Positions 30,980 to 46,373 of a stretch of DNA of 64,000 bases are shown here, piece by piece (position 1 is the stretch's first letter; the number at the start of each line of letters is the position of its first letter). The stretch lies in NCBI RefSeq assembly GCF_009914755.1, contig NC_060931.1; one strand, written 5' to 3'. Source of the stretch: the human T2T-CHM13v2.0 reference genome, Homo sapiens. Below the pieces are notes generated by a model. The model did no database searches, was not told the origin of the DNA, and saw only the letters and a program-made list of their open reading frames with translations. The translations under genes were made by a program, and so were the position numbers.

Positions 30980-31305
30980 ACAATGAGAACACTTGGACAC
31001 AGGGTGGGGAACATCACACACTGGGGTCTGTTGGGGGTTTGGGGGAGAGAGGAGGGATAACATTGTGAGATATACCTGATGTAAATGACCAGTTAACGGG
31101 TGCAGCACACCAACATGGCACATTTACACATACGTAACAAACCTGCACGTTGTGCACATGTACCCTAGAACTTAAAGTATAATAATAAAAAAATTAAAAA
31201 TAAAAATAACATTAAAGCAATTGAATGTACATAATAATCAGTGACAATTTTCTAGTATAAAATTTTCTTTGTTACATTCTTCATCAGTTCTCAAAATATC
31301 ATCTA

Positions 31306-31775
<470 letters not shown>

Positions 31776-34074
31776 AAAAAGAAAGGTTGTTTTAAGTGTG
31801 TTTGTAAGGAAGAGGGCAGACAAAAGAAAGAGATCATTCAAGATTTACACAAGATTGTTTTTATTTAGGAATGCCTTTCTTTTGAAGGTTTATAATTGGC
31901 GTTTGGTTGAGTTTAGTAAGTGTTCCAGACCCAGCTCTCTTCAGACTGATGGTTCGGAATCCATCTCAGCCTCATCTCCTTTTACCCCAGCCTGTGACAA
32001 GAAGTGCTTTCTCTGAAAATAAAAATCAGTACACACAGTTCTGTTGATATTATATTTGCTTCTTTGTCATATGTTTAGGTAGAATTAGTGGTAAGTTTTC
32101 TGAGTTTTCTCAGTGTTTAAAAAATTCTTCCTTAAAATTGGTGAGTCAACATTTATTTCCAGTTGGACTTTGCAGACATGTTATAGGTGTATACCTTGAA
32201 TAACTTTCTCTTTTTAAGGTTTGCTTTCTTTCACGATAAATGCAGTAACATTTGCCCTATTAAATATGTTCTAAGACTTCATTAAACACACACTAAAAAA
32301 CAGAATCTTAAGTATAGGCATTTTCTGCTCATGTATCACTCATCTACTTACTCCAAGAAAAGTTGATCCTGAAGAGATGAATTACTGTTTTTTTTGTTTT
32401 TTCTTTTTAAAGTTATTTAGGGAAGGCAGTGTGTATTTAGGTAGGTATGTACCTATGTGGTTATTTGGTTGTTACTATGTTATGGACCAGCCTTCTGTGA
32501 TAAATTGTAGAGTTTATTTTGTTACGTTGTTGCAGCAACTTCCTTGACATTATTAGAGGGGCAGATTTCCATTTCCTGAACAGCAACTTAATAACAACTC
32601 TTGATGAACTTGAATACCATCAGTAGGTCTATTCTCAGTTTCCTTCTCATTTGGCTAAAGAAGTGGTCTCTTCCCTGCTTTATTGCATAGGCATGAACAT
32701 TGAGTTATTTTTTCATTGCTTTGGACATTGATTCTTTCTAATGACTTCCAGTAGGCTACCTTTCAGATCATTCTTCTTTATAGTTTTACAAAATGCGTCA
32801 TACATTTTAAACGCATCTTCCGTTTCTCTATGTTTCATAAAAAGACAATTTGTGTTTAGATCTCATCTTTCTGGGAGTTCTTTGAGGCTTATATTCCTAA
32901 TCTTTCAGGTGGGACCAGTCTTCAGGAAGTTATTCGGAGTTTGAAAAGATAAGCAGTTTATGTGAAGTGTGTGTGTGAAACAACCCTAAGTTAAAGCCTA
33001 AAGTAATCTACAAAATAGTATTTTTGTCTCTTTGTATATATTTCTGTGAACATTCACAGTTTGGAATTAAAATACGGTGCCCTTACGAACTATAATCTAT
33101 GACAATTATCTTTAAACGTCCAAGCTGTGAAGCAGTAGAAAAATCTACTGTGATTTGGGTAAACTTTTCTTTTCTTAACTTTCTTTGTTATCTTGGAAAA
33201 ACATAACATATTACTAATATATTTTTTTAAAAATTTGTCAATGTTCAGTAAAGTACAGAAGGCACGCTTTTAAAATAAAATGCTTAATGTTTAATTCAGC
33301 ACAACTAAAAAAGAAACCAAAGTTTTCTTAATTAAAATTAGTTATGATAATTGTATTATGAATCAGCAATATTCCCAAAAGGTGGCATGCTTGAAACGTG
33401 GAATATGTTTGCTACCAAACAGTCTTAAAATCTACAAAGAAAAGAGGAATATTATTGAAAGACTCTTATGACAATTGTCTTTTTTGAAACATTTGTGCAC
33501 ATTCTAAAACAGGTTATAAAAGTTATCCAAGTGTGATGCTCTTGATTATTAAAAGCTAAACATTTCAAGTCAGTCTGTCAATTAGTATTTTTGACTGAAT
33601 AATTGAAATCTTTTTCAGTAATGTTTAAATTGCACTATGGCTTTTCCAGATTTTATATGTATCTAAATCTGTATCTATCTGTATGTCTTCAATTAAAATC
33701 CCCACTTTATTATGTCACAAAAATGAATTAATGTTGGAAATATTTGTGAATACATAAAAACTTTATGTGAGATAGATACAGCATAAAACAAAAGTTAGCA
33801 GGTTATAATATACAAAAATAAAATATTTTCTTTTTGGACCTAGCAGCATCATTTGTGTAATGCATAATGATAAAAGATGCATTAGGTCATGATAGTTCCC
33901 AACATGTATTTTAATGGTATATCAACCCTTCTTTTCCTTGCAGTATCATAGTAATCACTTGTGTGTATTTGCATGTTCAATTTTACAAAATCAAAACAAT
34001 GTGTACCTAATACCTAATGTTTAAAATAATTATAAATTATAGGTTTATTTTGTTACTTTGTTGCAGCAACTTAG

Positions 34075-34437
<363 letters not shown>

Positions 34438-35339
34438 TAATCAATCCATTGCTAAGCATCCAATGGACTGTACTCCAAAAAGCTAATTTGTTTTGAAATT
34501 GGAATTTGTTTTCTATAGACTCAGCAGTAATAACATTGGGTAAGGTTTCATACTAACTTCATGAACTTACTTAAATGATAATGCAAATGAAATACACTTA
34601 AAAATTTTCTAATGTAGCAATATACACGGTTGCATACTAGTTATTAATCACTATTCACTAGAAAATAAACTTGGAAATTAATGAACATTTAAGCTATTTT
34701 TAAAAAACTTACTATGAATACTTAAATCCAGCCAAAACCCCTTGGATTGTTAACTCTGTTTACCTTAAATAAGATCAGAATCGAGTTAGAAGTGGTCAGA
34801 CACAGTGGAGCAAATCTTTCTGTAGAAGAAGAAACAGAAGGTTTAGAAGATAGCGGGAAATAATGCTTGAGCACCCAAGGGCTCTGAAGGCATAAGCCAG
34901 GTAGTGAAAGCTCAAATCTGGTCCAAGAGCTGTGAAATGGTAAGAAATTAAAAAAGAAGTCCGAAACCACATGTGAGTAACGTGAAAGACATGGAATGAA
35001 GCAGGCTTCCCACCTGACATGTAGGGGGAAGGAATCAGGCACTTTGGAGAATTTCTTCCCAGACATGAAGCTGGGGAATTTTAATTGATAGTGACAACTG
35101 GGCGCATAGCAGTTGCTCTGTAAACTCAAAGAGAAAGAACTTTGTAGAAGTCTTACTACCAACCAACAAGTACTTTTCCTCTTTCTTCAACAGACCCTGT
35201 AACCAAACCACAAATCCATAAATCATACAGGTGAATTCCCATAGCTCTAGTATGAATTACTTATACATTAAACATTTTACAGATAAATGACACTCATTGT
35301 TGGTCATATAAATATTACAGTGGACCCATGTTAAGCTAT

Positions 35340-35745
35340 TGTGGAAACACAGAAGAAGAGACTCAAATCAAATTGGAGAGAATATGAAAGACTTTCAGAT
35401 GGCCACAATACTTCAGCTGAAAGTTGAAGAGAATAATTTTGTTAATGGCATTGCAGCTGTTGTGTGCTGAGGTATTAATGAGCCCCTACATTGGCTCAGG
35501 TGAGAAATATTATAGGATTGATATGTAGCAGAAAGGATGAAGAGGACATAAACTCAAAAGTTATTTAAGAATCTAAAAATGTGTGGTTCAGATGAAAAGG
35601 AGTTTAGAATGATGCTTTGATCTTCTTCTAGTACAACTATATCTTTGTTGTTGCTTTTCAAAGATACAAGGAATACTTGAGGAGGTGTATGTTTGAGGAG
35701 AAAGATACTGAATTTTTGTTTGGACACAGCAAATTTGAGTTGATC
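35340..35745 (-). mobile_element. L2 fragment
   Basis: Purine-rich degraded L2 (tgaatttttgtttggacacagcaaatttgag). Confidence 0.45.
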
Positions 35746-35747
35746 AT

Positions 35748-36289
35748 TGCATTAGGGTTCTCCAGAGGAACAGAACTAATAGTATAGATGTATATATGAA
35801 GGAGAGTCTATTGAATATTGACTCACACGATCACAAGGTGAAGTCTCACAATAGGCCATCTGTAAGCTGAGAGGCAAGGAAGCAATTACAAGTCCCAAAG
35901 CCTCAAAAGTAGGGAAGCCGACAGTGCAGCCTTCAGTCTGTGGCTGAAGGCCCGAGATTCCCCTGGCAAACCACTGGTGTTTCAGTCCAAGAGTTGAAAA
36001 GCTGAAGAACTTGACAGGAGACTGATGTTTGAGGGCAGGAAGAATGCAGTATGGGGAGAAAAATGAAGGCTGGAAGAGTCAGCAAGTCAGCTCCTTCCAC
36101 CTTCTTCTGTCTGCTTTATTTTGGCTGTGCTGGCAGCTAATTACATGGTGCCCACCCAGATTGAGGGTGGGTCTGCCTATTCCAGTCCACTGACTTAAAT
36201 CTTAATCTCCTTTGGCAACAGACACACCCAGGAACAATACTTTGCCTTCTTCAATCCAATCATGTTGACACTCAATATTAACCATCACA
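35748..36289 (-). mobile_element. MLT2A (A2-like) solo LTR, ERVL
   Basis: attagggttctccagaggaacagaactaatag...cagattgagggtgggtctgcc...ttgacactcaatattaaccatcaca; TSD ATCAT/GTCAT. Confidence 0.9.
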
Positions 36290-36477
36290 GTCATGTATTA
36301 TACATGAAGGAAAATTTAATATAATATTGGAAATGTATGCTCATACATTCCCTATCCTATAGATAATGTAAGGACTCAATATTAACCATCACAGTCATGT
36401 ATTATATATGAAGGAAAATTTTATATCATATTGGAAGTGTATGCTCATACATTCCCTATCCTACAGATAATGTAAGG
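36270..36477. repeat. Tandem duplication, 2 x 104 bp
   Basis: 36270-36373 versus 36374-36477, 5 mismatches. Confidence 0.95.
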
Positions 36478-36559
36478 ACAGAGACTCCCGTTATTTTTTC
36501 TATATGTTGAAAGAGATCTTCCCAACCCTGCCCCTGTATGTACCATCCTTAGATTTCTC

Positions 36560-37377
36560 TACCACAGATTGTAGCCAGTCTGTTTTTCTCCAGTTGTTCA
36601 GTCCAAGAATATGAGGTCTTATTTGACTCTTCTCTCCTGCTCACATTTACTTGAAAGTCCTGTTAATGCTACCTAACATTACATCTGGATTTCAAACACT
36701 TCTCTGTGCATCCACTTTCTCACTCCTTTCAATTCATTATCATTTCAAACCTGAAATATTGCAATGACCTACCCAATGGTTTACCAGCTTCTAGCTTTTA
36801 CCCAAGAACTATTTTCAATGTGGCAACCAGAATGACCCCTTAAGTAAAAGTCAAATTATATCACTTCTCTGCTCAAAACCCTGAAATGGCTGTCCATTTC
36901 ACTCAGGATACAAACCAATGTCTTTAAAGTGACTTACACAAAATGCCTACATTACCTCTTCCCTCATAACCTACTATTCTCCCTCCTGCTCACTCAGCTC
37001 CAGCCGCAGTGGCCTTTTTCCAGGCTTTCGTACATACTGTCATATTTGAACCTCAGGACCTTTGCACTGGCTGTTTCATCTTCCAAATATCCTCATTAGC
37101 AGCACCTTTGCCACTTTCTGCTATCAGTTCAATTATCACTTTCTACGCTCTGTTCAACTATTCTATTTAGAAATGCAATCCAACCAAGCACTTTTCTCTT
37201 CTCCACATTTTCTTTTCCAGATAGAATTCTAACTTACCCAATTTATTTGTACATTTTTCCTACTGTCTCTGCTATTAGAATGTAAGCCACATATTAGGGA
37301 TATTTGTCTCTTTTTTCCACAGAGGTATGTCAAGAATCTAAAGTAGTACCTGACATATAGTAAGTGCTTGATAAATA

Positions 37378-37380
<3 letters not shown>
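36560..37380 (+). mobile_element. L2 (L2a-like) 3' portion
   Basis: tcacttctctgctcaaaaccctgaaatggct, cctttgcactggctgtt, tagaatgtaagc...acctgacatatagtaagtgcttgataaatattt. Confidence 0.75.
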
Positions 37381-38500
<1,120 letters not shown>

Positions 38501-38540
38501 ATACTTGTTGTATTAAAAATTAGATGTTGAATATCACTAG

Positions 38541-38576
38541 TTTTTTTTTTACAGGTGCAAGCCACTGCACCTCACC
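38541..38576 (-). mobile_element. Micro-Alu remnant (first ~28 nt fused to poly(A))
   Basis: T10 followed by acaggtgcaagccactgcacctcacc, the reverse complement of an Alu 5' end. Confidence 0.55.
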
Positions 38577-38774
38577 ACTAATATTTTTAAATATGGTTTT
38601 TGTGGTCATATGTTAACATAGAAAATATGAAAATATTAAGAAAACTAATTTTTAAAAAATTGAAGAAGAATATGATTAGGTTGAGTTAAATATGAATGGC
38701 TTTTAGAGCTATGCAAACAATTAAAACTAACTGACAAGAGAGAATTTGTAAAGAGATTAAGAGTGATTCATAAG

Positions 38775-39080
38775 TGCTGGGTATGGTGGCTCACACCTGT
38801 AATCCTGGCACTTTGGGAGGCCGAGGCAGGCGGATCACGAGGTCAGGAGTTCTGGACCAGCCTGGCCAACATAGTGAAACCCTGTTTCTACTAAAACTAC
38901 AAAAAATTAGCCAGACATAGTGTTGGCTGCGTGTAATCCCAGCTACTCAGGAGGCTCAGGGAGGAGAATCGCATGAACCTGGGGGGCGGAGGTTACAGTG
39001 AGCCGAGATTGCGCCATTGCACACCAGCCTAGGCAACAGAGCGAGACTCCGTCTAAAAATAAATAAATAAATAAATAAAT
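38775..39080 (+). mobile_element. AluSg-like
   Basis: ggatcacgaggtcaggagttc; (AAAT)n tail; TSD aagagtgattcataag / aagagttattcatatg. Confidence 0.93.
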
Positions 39081-40232
39081 AAGAGTTATTCATATGTGTG
39101 GATATTCACCTAGCAAGGGAACAGCTTTCTGGATTTTTTGTGTGTTTGTTTTTTCATTATATTCTGCTATACTGAGTAGAGTTTTCCATTAAAATTTTTC
39201 CTGATTATTATCAATGGACAATCACCAATCCTTCTTAGCTTTAAATAACCTCTCTAGGCAAACAAGAACTAAGTAGAAAAAAATATATTTGAGACAAAAC
39301 AATATTTTATAGTATAGTTAGGTAATTATTGCGTTTGGTAGTTTTTGCAAATTTAATTGTATTTCTTTGAGCCTATTTCTTTGATATTCGTTATTTAGAG
39401 GTGCTGAAAGAGGGAAGCACCAAAATGAATCACATATGACAAGTATACATACAAGCAGGTTTAAAAAAAACCAGCAAAATATTTTAAATAGCTAAATAAT
39501 TTTCTATTTGTCATATTTTAAATCTCACTTAATTATAATCATTATAGGTTCAAGGTTTGTTTTAATCAACTCAAGTAATATTTTCTGGAAAGCTATGAGC
39601 AAGTGTTTTATGAATTCTAACTCTTTGGTATCAAAAACACAAATTGGCCTGTTTCGTTTTTCATCATGCATCAACACCAGTTTGGGAATTTTCTTTGGCC
39701 AAAATTTCTATTAATATGTAAAAGAAAAGATGTGTTTTCTTAAATGCTCTGGAAATAGTATCATAAAACATATATAATGTGTAAATTTAATAAACTTTTA
39801 AAAATATTGAAATGAACATCATATATTTTTGAATGATGTGTTGATATCTTAAATAGTGCTACAGAGGTAACAAAGTTTAAATTAATTAAAATTATATTCA
39901 CCTTGAATATGGAATCTATTTCATGTCATTAATTCAGCTAAAAATTAGAAACTAAATAAATTATATTATTGAAATTTAAAACATTGTAGAAATTTCAAAA
40001 AATGACAAATTTGCTTTGTCCCTTTATTTCTTCTACAAATTCTTAAAAAATGCTCTTAGTATTTTTTTTTTTTTTTTTTTTTTTGCTTATGATTTAAAAT
40101 ATGATATTTACTTTGGAAGTTTCTTCTTTTTTTTGTTACCAGTTCGTGTTATTTCTTGGGTTTTCTTTTTCACCTACCATCCTTGTATTTCTTACAATTT
40201 GCTTCTGAAAATACCTATTTCTTCTTTTTAAC

Positions 40233-40450
40233 CAAATAGCTCAAGGCTGGGATAGGATGCCTCCCAGGAAACATCTGGCAATATTTGGAGAAATGTTTTG
40301 TTGTCACAATTCTGGGGAGAGGAATGCTACTGACATCTAGTGGGTGGAGGCCAGGGATACTGCTAAATATCCTACTGTGTACATGACCACCCCCAAAGCA
40401 CAGAATTTTCCAGCCCAGCATATCAATAGTACCAAGGTTGAGAAATTCTT
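40233..40450 (+). mobile_element. MER20 (hAT-Charlie)
   Basis: ttgtcacaa...tgctactgacatctagtgggtggaggccagggatactgctaaa...tcaatagtaccaaggttgagaaa. Confidence 0.88.
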
Positions 40451-41952
40451 ATTGAAACATACACTGCGCAGCCACCTTAGTGGTCCAGATTTCTCTACAT
40501 TCCAAAAATTTTATTGAATTTATTCTCCTTTTTGACCACAAAATTCCTGATTTTTCTCTCCTCTTTCTTGTTTTCATTTCTCAGATTAATGATTCTGACT
40601 ATGATGTGATTGAGGGGCATTGCCTTTGGAACCATTCAGTTACCACCACACTAGATCTTCAATAATTAATTAAGTTCTGATCATTACGTGTTTTCATTTC
40701 TGTGTGGATAACTGGAGGAATCTTGTAATTAATTAGCAACCATGTGTAGTACAGTGTTAACACTTGCTAGAAATGAGTGGGCTCTTTCAGAATTCTCAGT
40801 TTAAGAACTCTTCCTTAGTGTTTTTCAACGCATTTTGTTTGGAATACAGACATGCAAGATATTCTGCAGGGGAAGATCATGGTCTGATAGATCTGGAAAA
40901 TGCTGACTTTTTGGTCCCAAGAAGCTCTGTGATATTTACCAATGAACCTGAGAGGTCCTGAAGTACTAAAGCCTGCTTAGTTTGGTTTTCTGCAGCTGTG
41001 TGTGTGTTTTTTTTCTAATAAAATTGTTTTGTTTCGTTTTAATCCCTTAAAATTCCTATTAACATCAGGAAATATTGATATAATCCTATCTGCTTTCACA
41101 AGATTCTAAATGTTCAAATCTCCTCACCAGAACAAGTAGAAGTAAATCTGCTCAAAGGATTTTTAAAAAAAACTGGCATTTTTAGTGAATTACGTGCAGA
41201 GAACTTTATATTTAGTTTTAATTTTGTTCAGTTACCTTAAGCCTTTTTTATCTTATTATACATTATTAGAGTAAATTTACATTTTTATCTAATCTCATAT
41301 TAAGGATTGAATAATACACTTTTTGAAGTTTACAATAGTGTACATATTATATGTATCTTGTTTTAATTTTCTCCAGGTGTTTTTAATAATTGAATTTTCC
41401 AGTTTGTTTGCTGTAAACATTGACCATTTAGAAAATAAATTGATGTAACACTATCTGCTTCCTCAAATAATCCCCCTCACCTCCCCCCACAACACACACA
41501 CTTATATCTTGCTTGTGTAGTTTATAGCATAGTAAATATACATGCGTATTTTAGGGTATAAGGCTAAATTCAAATCTGTGATGCTATATGCCATATGTTT
41601 CCTGACCTATTTGACAAATTTAATTGCCCCTTAAAGTTTCTATTGCTTCTGTAATGTTATAACTTATTTTTTGTAATAGTTGGTATATTTATTTTCTTTA
41701 CAGAACAATAATTTCCATGAGAACTAGGACTCTAAAAATTGCTCAGTACTGTATGGTATGTCATATAGAGATCCTGACAGAATGCCGTACATGCAAATAT
41801 ACTCAGCATGTGTTAGTTGAAAACAGATGATGAGACTCCTAACTTGTAGTAGCATGTAATCTATATGTGGATAAAAGTGTGCTCAAGCAGTAGCTATTAC
41901 CAATGCACAGCTCTGAATGACTAAATATCTCAATCAAGAATATCGACAATAA

Positions 41953-42265
41953 ATCCAGGAGCTGTGGCTCAAGCCTGAAATCTCAATGCCTAGGGAAGCT
42001 GAGGTGGGAGGATCATTTGAAGTTAGGAGTTCAAGACCAGCCTGGCCAACAGTGATACCCTATCTCTACAAAAAACAAAAATAATAACCAGAGATGGTTG
42101 TGCACATTTGTAGTCCCAGCTATTCAGGAAGCTAAAGCAGGAGGATTGCGTTGAGCCCAGGGGAGGACGCAGTGAGCTATAATCCTGCCATTGCACTGTA
42201 GCCTGGGTGACAGACTAAGATGCTGTCTCAAAAAAAAAAAGGAAAGAAAAAAAAGAAAAAAAACC
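41953..42265 (+). mobile_element. AluJ
   Basis: Diverged Alu with ggaggattgc..tgagcccagg and gtgagctataatc; A-rich tail. Confidence 0.9.
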
Positions 42266-42402
42266 CAACATAACAACAGAATACCGAATACCCATAATAA
42301 GAAATGTAAGATTCTCCATGAACTCCACATTTTTGGGCTTAGTAACTTGACTCTTACCACCTAAATTCAACTCATTTAAAACTATAGGCCAGGAGCAGTG
42401 GC

Positions 42403-42548
42403 CACACCTGGCTAATTTTTGTACTTTTAGTAGAAACAGGGTTTTGCCATATTGGCCAGAGTGGTCTTGAACTCCTGATCTCAAGTGATCCGCCCACCTC
42501 GGCCTCCCAAAATGTTGGGATTGCCAGCATGAGCCAATGCACACAGCC
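42403..42548 (-). mobile_element. Inverted Alu left monomer, part of a complex structure
   Basis: cacacctggctaatttttg...gagccaatgcacacagcc, with no tail; bracketed by an 18-bp inverted repeat. Confidence 0.9.
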
Positions 42549-42583
42549 TATAGTTTTAAATGAATTTTGCTGATTCTACTATA

Positions 42584-42882
42584 GGCTGGGCGTGGTGGCT
42601 CACACCTGTAATCCCAGCACTTTGGGAGGCTGAGGCTGGCGGATCACCTGAGGTTGGAAGTTCAAGACCAGCCTGGCCAATATGGCGAAACCCCATCCAT
42701 CTCTACTAAGAACACAGAAATTAGCTGGGTTTGGTGGTGGGCAGCTGAAATCCCAGCTACTCGGGAGGCTGAGGCAGGAAGAATCACCTTAACCTGGGAG
42801 GCGGAGGTTGCAGTGAGCCGAGATCACTCCACTGCACTCCAGCCCAGGCGGCAGAGCGAGACTCATCTCAAACAAACAAACA
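42584..42882 (+). mobile_element. AluS
   Basis: Full Alu with (AAAC)n tail followed by AAAACTATA (42883-42891). Confidence 0.95.
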
Positions 42883-44629
42883 AAAACTATAAAGAAAGCA
42901 CCCAGAGGAGGAAATAATCAATAAATTACATATTTCCTGGACAAATAATACTTCATAGATGCCCCCAACTTTCCCATTCATTGCTAAAATCTCATCATAA
43001 GGTTGTAAATCCAGGATTACATGGAGCACAAGTTTCACAGATGTTGTTTGACTCATTCATTCATTCCTTATTCATTCAATATGAATTTATTATATTTTAG
43101 GTACCAAGCTATCGGCTGAAACCAGCTGTTAGAGGATGGAGAGTATCCAGATTGTTAAGGAAGAAATGGGTAGATCATCTGGTCAGTAGTAATAATGGTA
43201 ATGGATCCCCAGAGGCAGAGTCACCTTGGGGAATATAAAATGCATTTTAATTTGAATCGATAAGGAGGCTGATATTGTGAATCATTAAAAAATAAATTTG
43301 AAAAATGTAAAGTAGTGACAGAAGCACATGGTCACCAGGCAAGAAGGCTAAGAGGCAGTTTTGAAGCCACTGCAAGGTATTCTTTGAGGAAGTGAAGGAT
43401 GAAAGCTCTGTGTTTAGGTTTCTGGTTCTAATACATCCTTTAACAAGGCCATATTGTAAGAGAATGGTTAAGGTGGGGCTGTTCAGTTGGAGTGAAATTG
43501 ACCGTTAATGATCCATCTCAGTATGATGGGCAAAGATGTATTACATGAACCTGGTATCAGAAGAGTGTAATCTTTGTAGCTCTCACCTATGATTACATGA
43601 TTGCCATTAATTTTAGAATCTACGTGGAATCTTAATGATTGTGAATGACTGAAAACCATTAAGAAAACTTTAGAGACTTTCTGGATAAAATGCAATGACT
43701 AAGTTATTATTCGATTTATATGAATAAATATATTCTTAGTCTTTATGTGCTTTTCGGTTTCCATATGCACACCCTTTAGTTCTAAGTTTGGATTTTCCTC
43801 TATAATATTACAATTGCTATTTCTTTGTCTGTCTCTCTCTTCCCTCCTCACTCCATTCTTTCCAGTATCCTTGTCTATTTTTCTTTCTTTCTCTCTTCTT
43901 TTTCTATTGTTGCATCACTGGCCATAACCCTATTGCAGTTGTGAAATATTTAGTGGCCTCAGCTTATGTCCCTAGTGGGAGCTATGGAAAGTACAGAAAA
44001 ATGAAAAGTGACTCACGTTATTCTAGTGTGTCTCTCACTTTCCACAGCTACAGTTATTGCTACCCTTGGGGAAATTTACATACACTATAAATAGAAATAT
44101 ATACTTTAGAAAGACATTTAAACTTCTTCTTTTACATGTCAGAATAAACAAAAGTACTAGTAAAGAAATTATTTCTGCACTAAATAATGAATTGATCCTC
44201 ATAATGCCCTGTAGGTATGGCATATTGAGGGACAAAAATTATAAGTCTGATTTCAAACTTCTAAGTGTTGAAGACTCATGTTTGATAATTTGATAATTGG
44301 GGGAAAAACAGAGCAAATAATTCCCTTTTTGTCTATGGATCATATTGCCTCTCAGTTCCTTTAGAAAAATACAAGTTAATTAAGCTTAGGGACTGGAGGC
44401 GTAAAGGATAGTAAAAGGAAGAAAAATAATTTAGCTTTCAGAAGATCAAGAGTACTAGGGGAAGTGATTTTGGCTCTCATTTTTTATTGAAATAAAAATT
44501 GACAGAGAATTTGGACATCCTTTGGAAAGCCAGGCAAAGGAAATTCAGTTTATCATAAACAGGATAAAAATCAGAATATCCAATTCCCTGGGAATCAGAA
44601 ATTCTCCATGAAGCTGAATTCTGCTTCAG

Positions 44630-44760
44630 TTCATCTCTGACTCATTTTGTCATTCAAATATGTGGGATACCTACTATGCACCAAGCATTGTTTTAGCTGC
44701 CGGAGATTCAATAGAAATGATACGGCTAAGTTCCTGGCCTCCGTGAACCCGACATTCTGA
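44630..44760 (-). mobile_element. L2 3' end fragment
   Basis: cattcaaatatgtgggatacctactatgcaccaagcattgttttag. Confidence 0.55.
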
Positions 44761-46054
44761 TGTGACTGCTTTATTATTAGATAATGTGTAAGCAAATTTG
44801 CCATTGTGTGTTCTAAATTAAGTAAATTGGATTTAAAAAATTTAGAAAGACTATCTTTTGGTATTCTTACAACTTACTATTTAAAATAATACACCATTTG
44901 AAAGAAGGTTTTGTGCCTCTAGCTATAGCCACAAGTGGCTTCATGCCTTCAGAAGGGGTCAGGGAAGACAAGCAGCCAGGAGGCAGTAGGGACAGAATAG
45001 TTGCTTTGAATAGAGACAGGTTTAGTCCAGTTTTGCCTGAGAGGGTTAGAGATCCATTCTGCTCTCTGTCCTTGCCATGGATTCTGTTGTCTTTCACTCC
45101 AGCCCCTTCTGCTCAACATGCATCATTCTTTGTTTCCACTCTGCAGTCCTTTCATGCTGCTTACTTAGGTGTTGTAAATTTTGAATGACTCTAATGTCTA
45201 CAGCATTTCCTGAATTTTACATCTGGACAGTATTGAAGGGCAGCGGGGCCTCCCAAAGAGCCTGTTTTGCTTGACTAAGTTCTTTTGCTGTATTGATTTA
45301 GTATAAGAAATTCTGGGATAATGTTCAATTTCTTCATGGTTCTTAAAAATTTCAGGCATCAACAAAGGCTGTGTATTCCAGGCAAGAGATACAATATGAA
45401 GAAAAAAAACAACAACAGACTATTATCAGCTTGTTCAAACACAAATCTCTACAGGTTGACATTTTCTTAGGATTGGTTCCCAGAATGTGATGTATTTTCT
45501 TCTGTGGGTGTTCAACTCATTTGCTCTTACAACTGAAAAAAACAGCAGTAAAAGCCAAATTGAACCAGTCCAGCTGTTATACTATTACTTTTAAAGAATG
45601 CCTCAAATTCTTAGTGTTTACTTCTAGTTTAGTTCGTACCGGATTTCTCTTCACATGTCAAGCTATGAAAAAACAAGCTGACAAATCAAAAGGTTGACTT
45701 CCCAATGTCTTCTGATAAAAATAATATTTGAACTATTCTATCTGTAACACAAGAATATGTATTTATATGTAAGAAATCCTTTGGCTCTTCCCTCTTTTGT
45801 TATTTACAATATTGGGTGCATTCTCATGATCTTTCTTTGCTATTCATTTTATTTATTTTTACTTTCCTACATAGAGAGTTCTTATTGTTTCTGTTGTTTC
45901 ATAAATTTTAGAAGCCTCCAATTTTAGAACTAAAAGAACCATATTGTAGAGATTTCATGATCGCCAAGTTTAATCCTTCCTCTTACCTATGAGAATGCCT
46001 GTAGGTTGCTTGTATTTTATTTTATTTCATAAACTACTGGAACATATTCTTTAT

Positions 46055-46373
<319 letters not shown>

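Larger units (their letters stand above)
25302..31204 (+). mobile_element. Near full-length inactive LINE-1, L1PA5-like (~5.9 kb)
   Basis: 5'UTR from ggaggttccaagatggccgaata, ORF1, ORF2, 3'UTR and poly(A); 15-bp TSD AATAACATTAAAGCA at 25287-25301 and 31205-31219. Confidence 0.95.
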
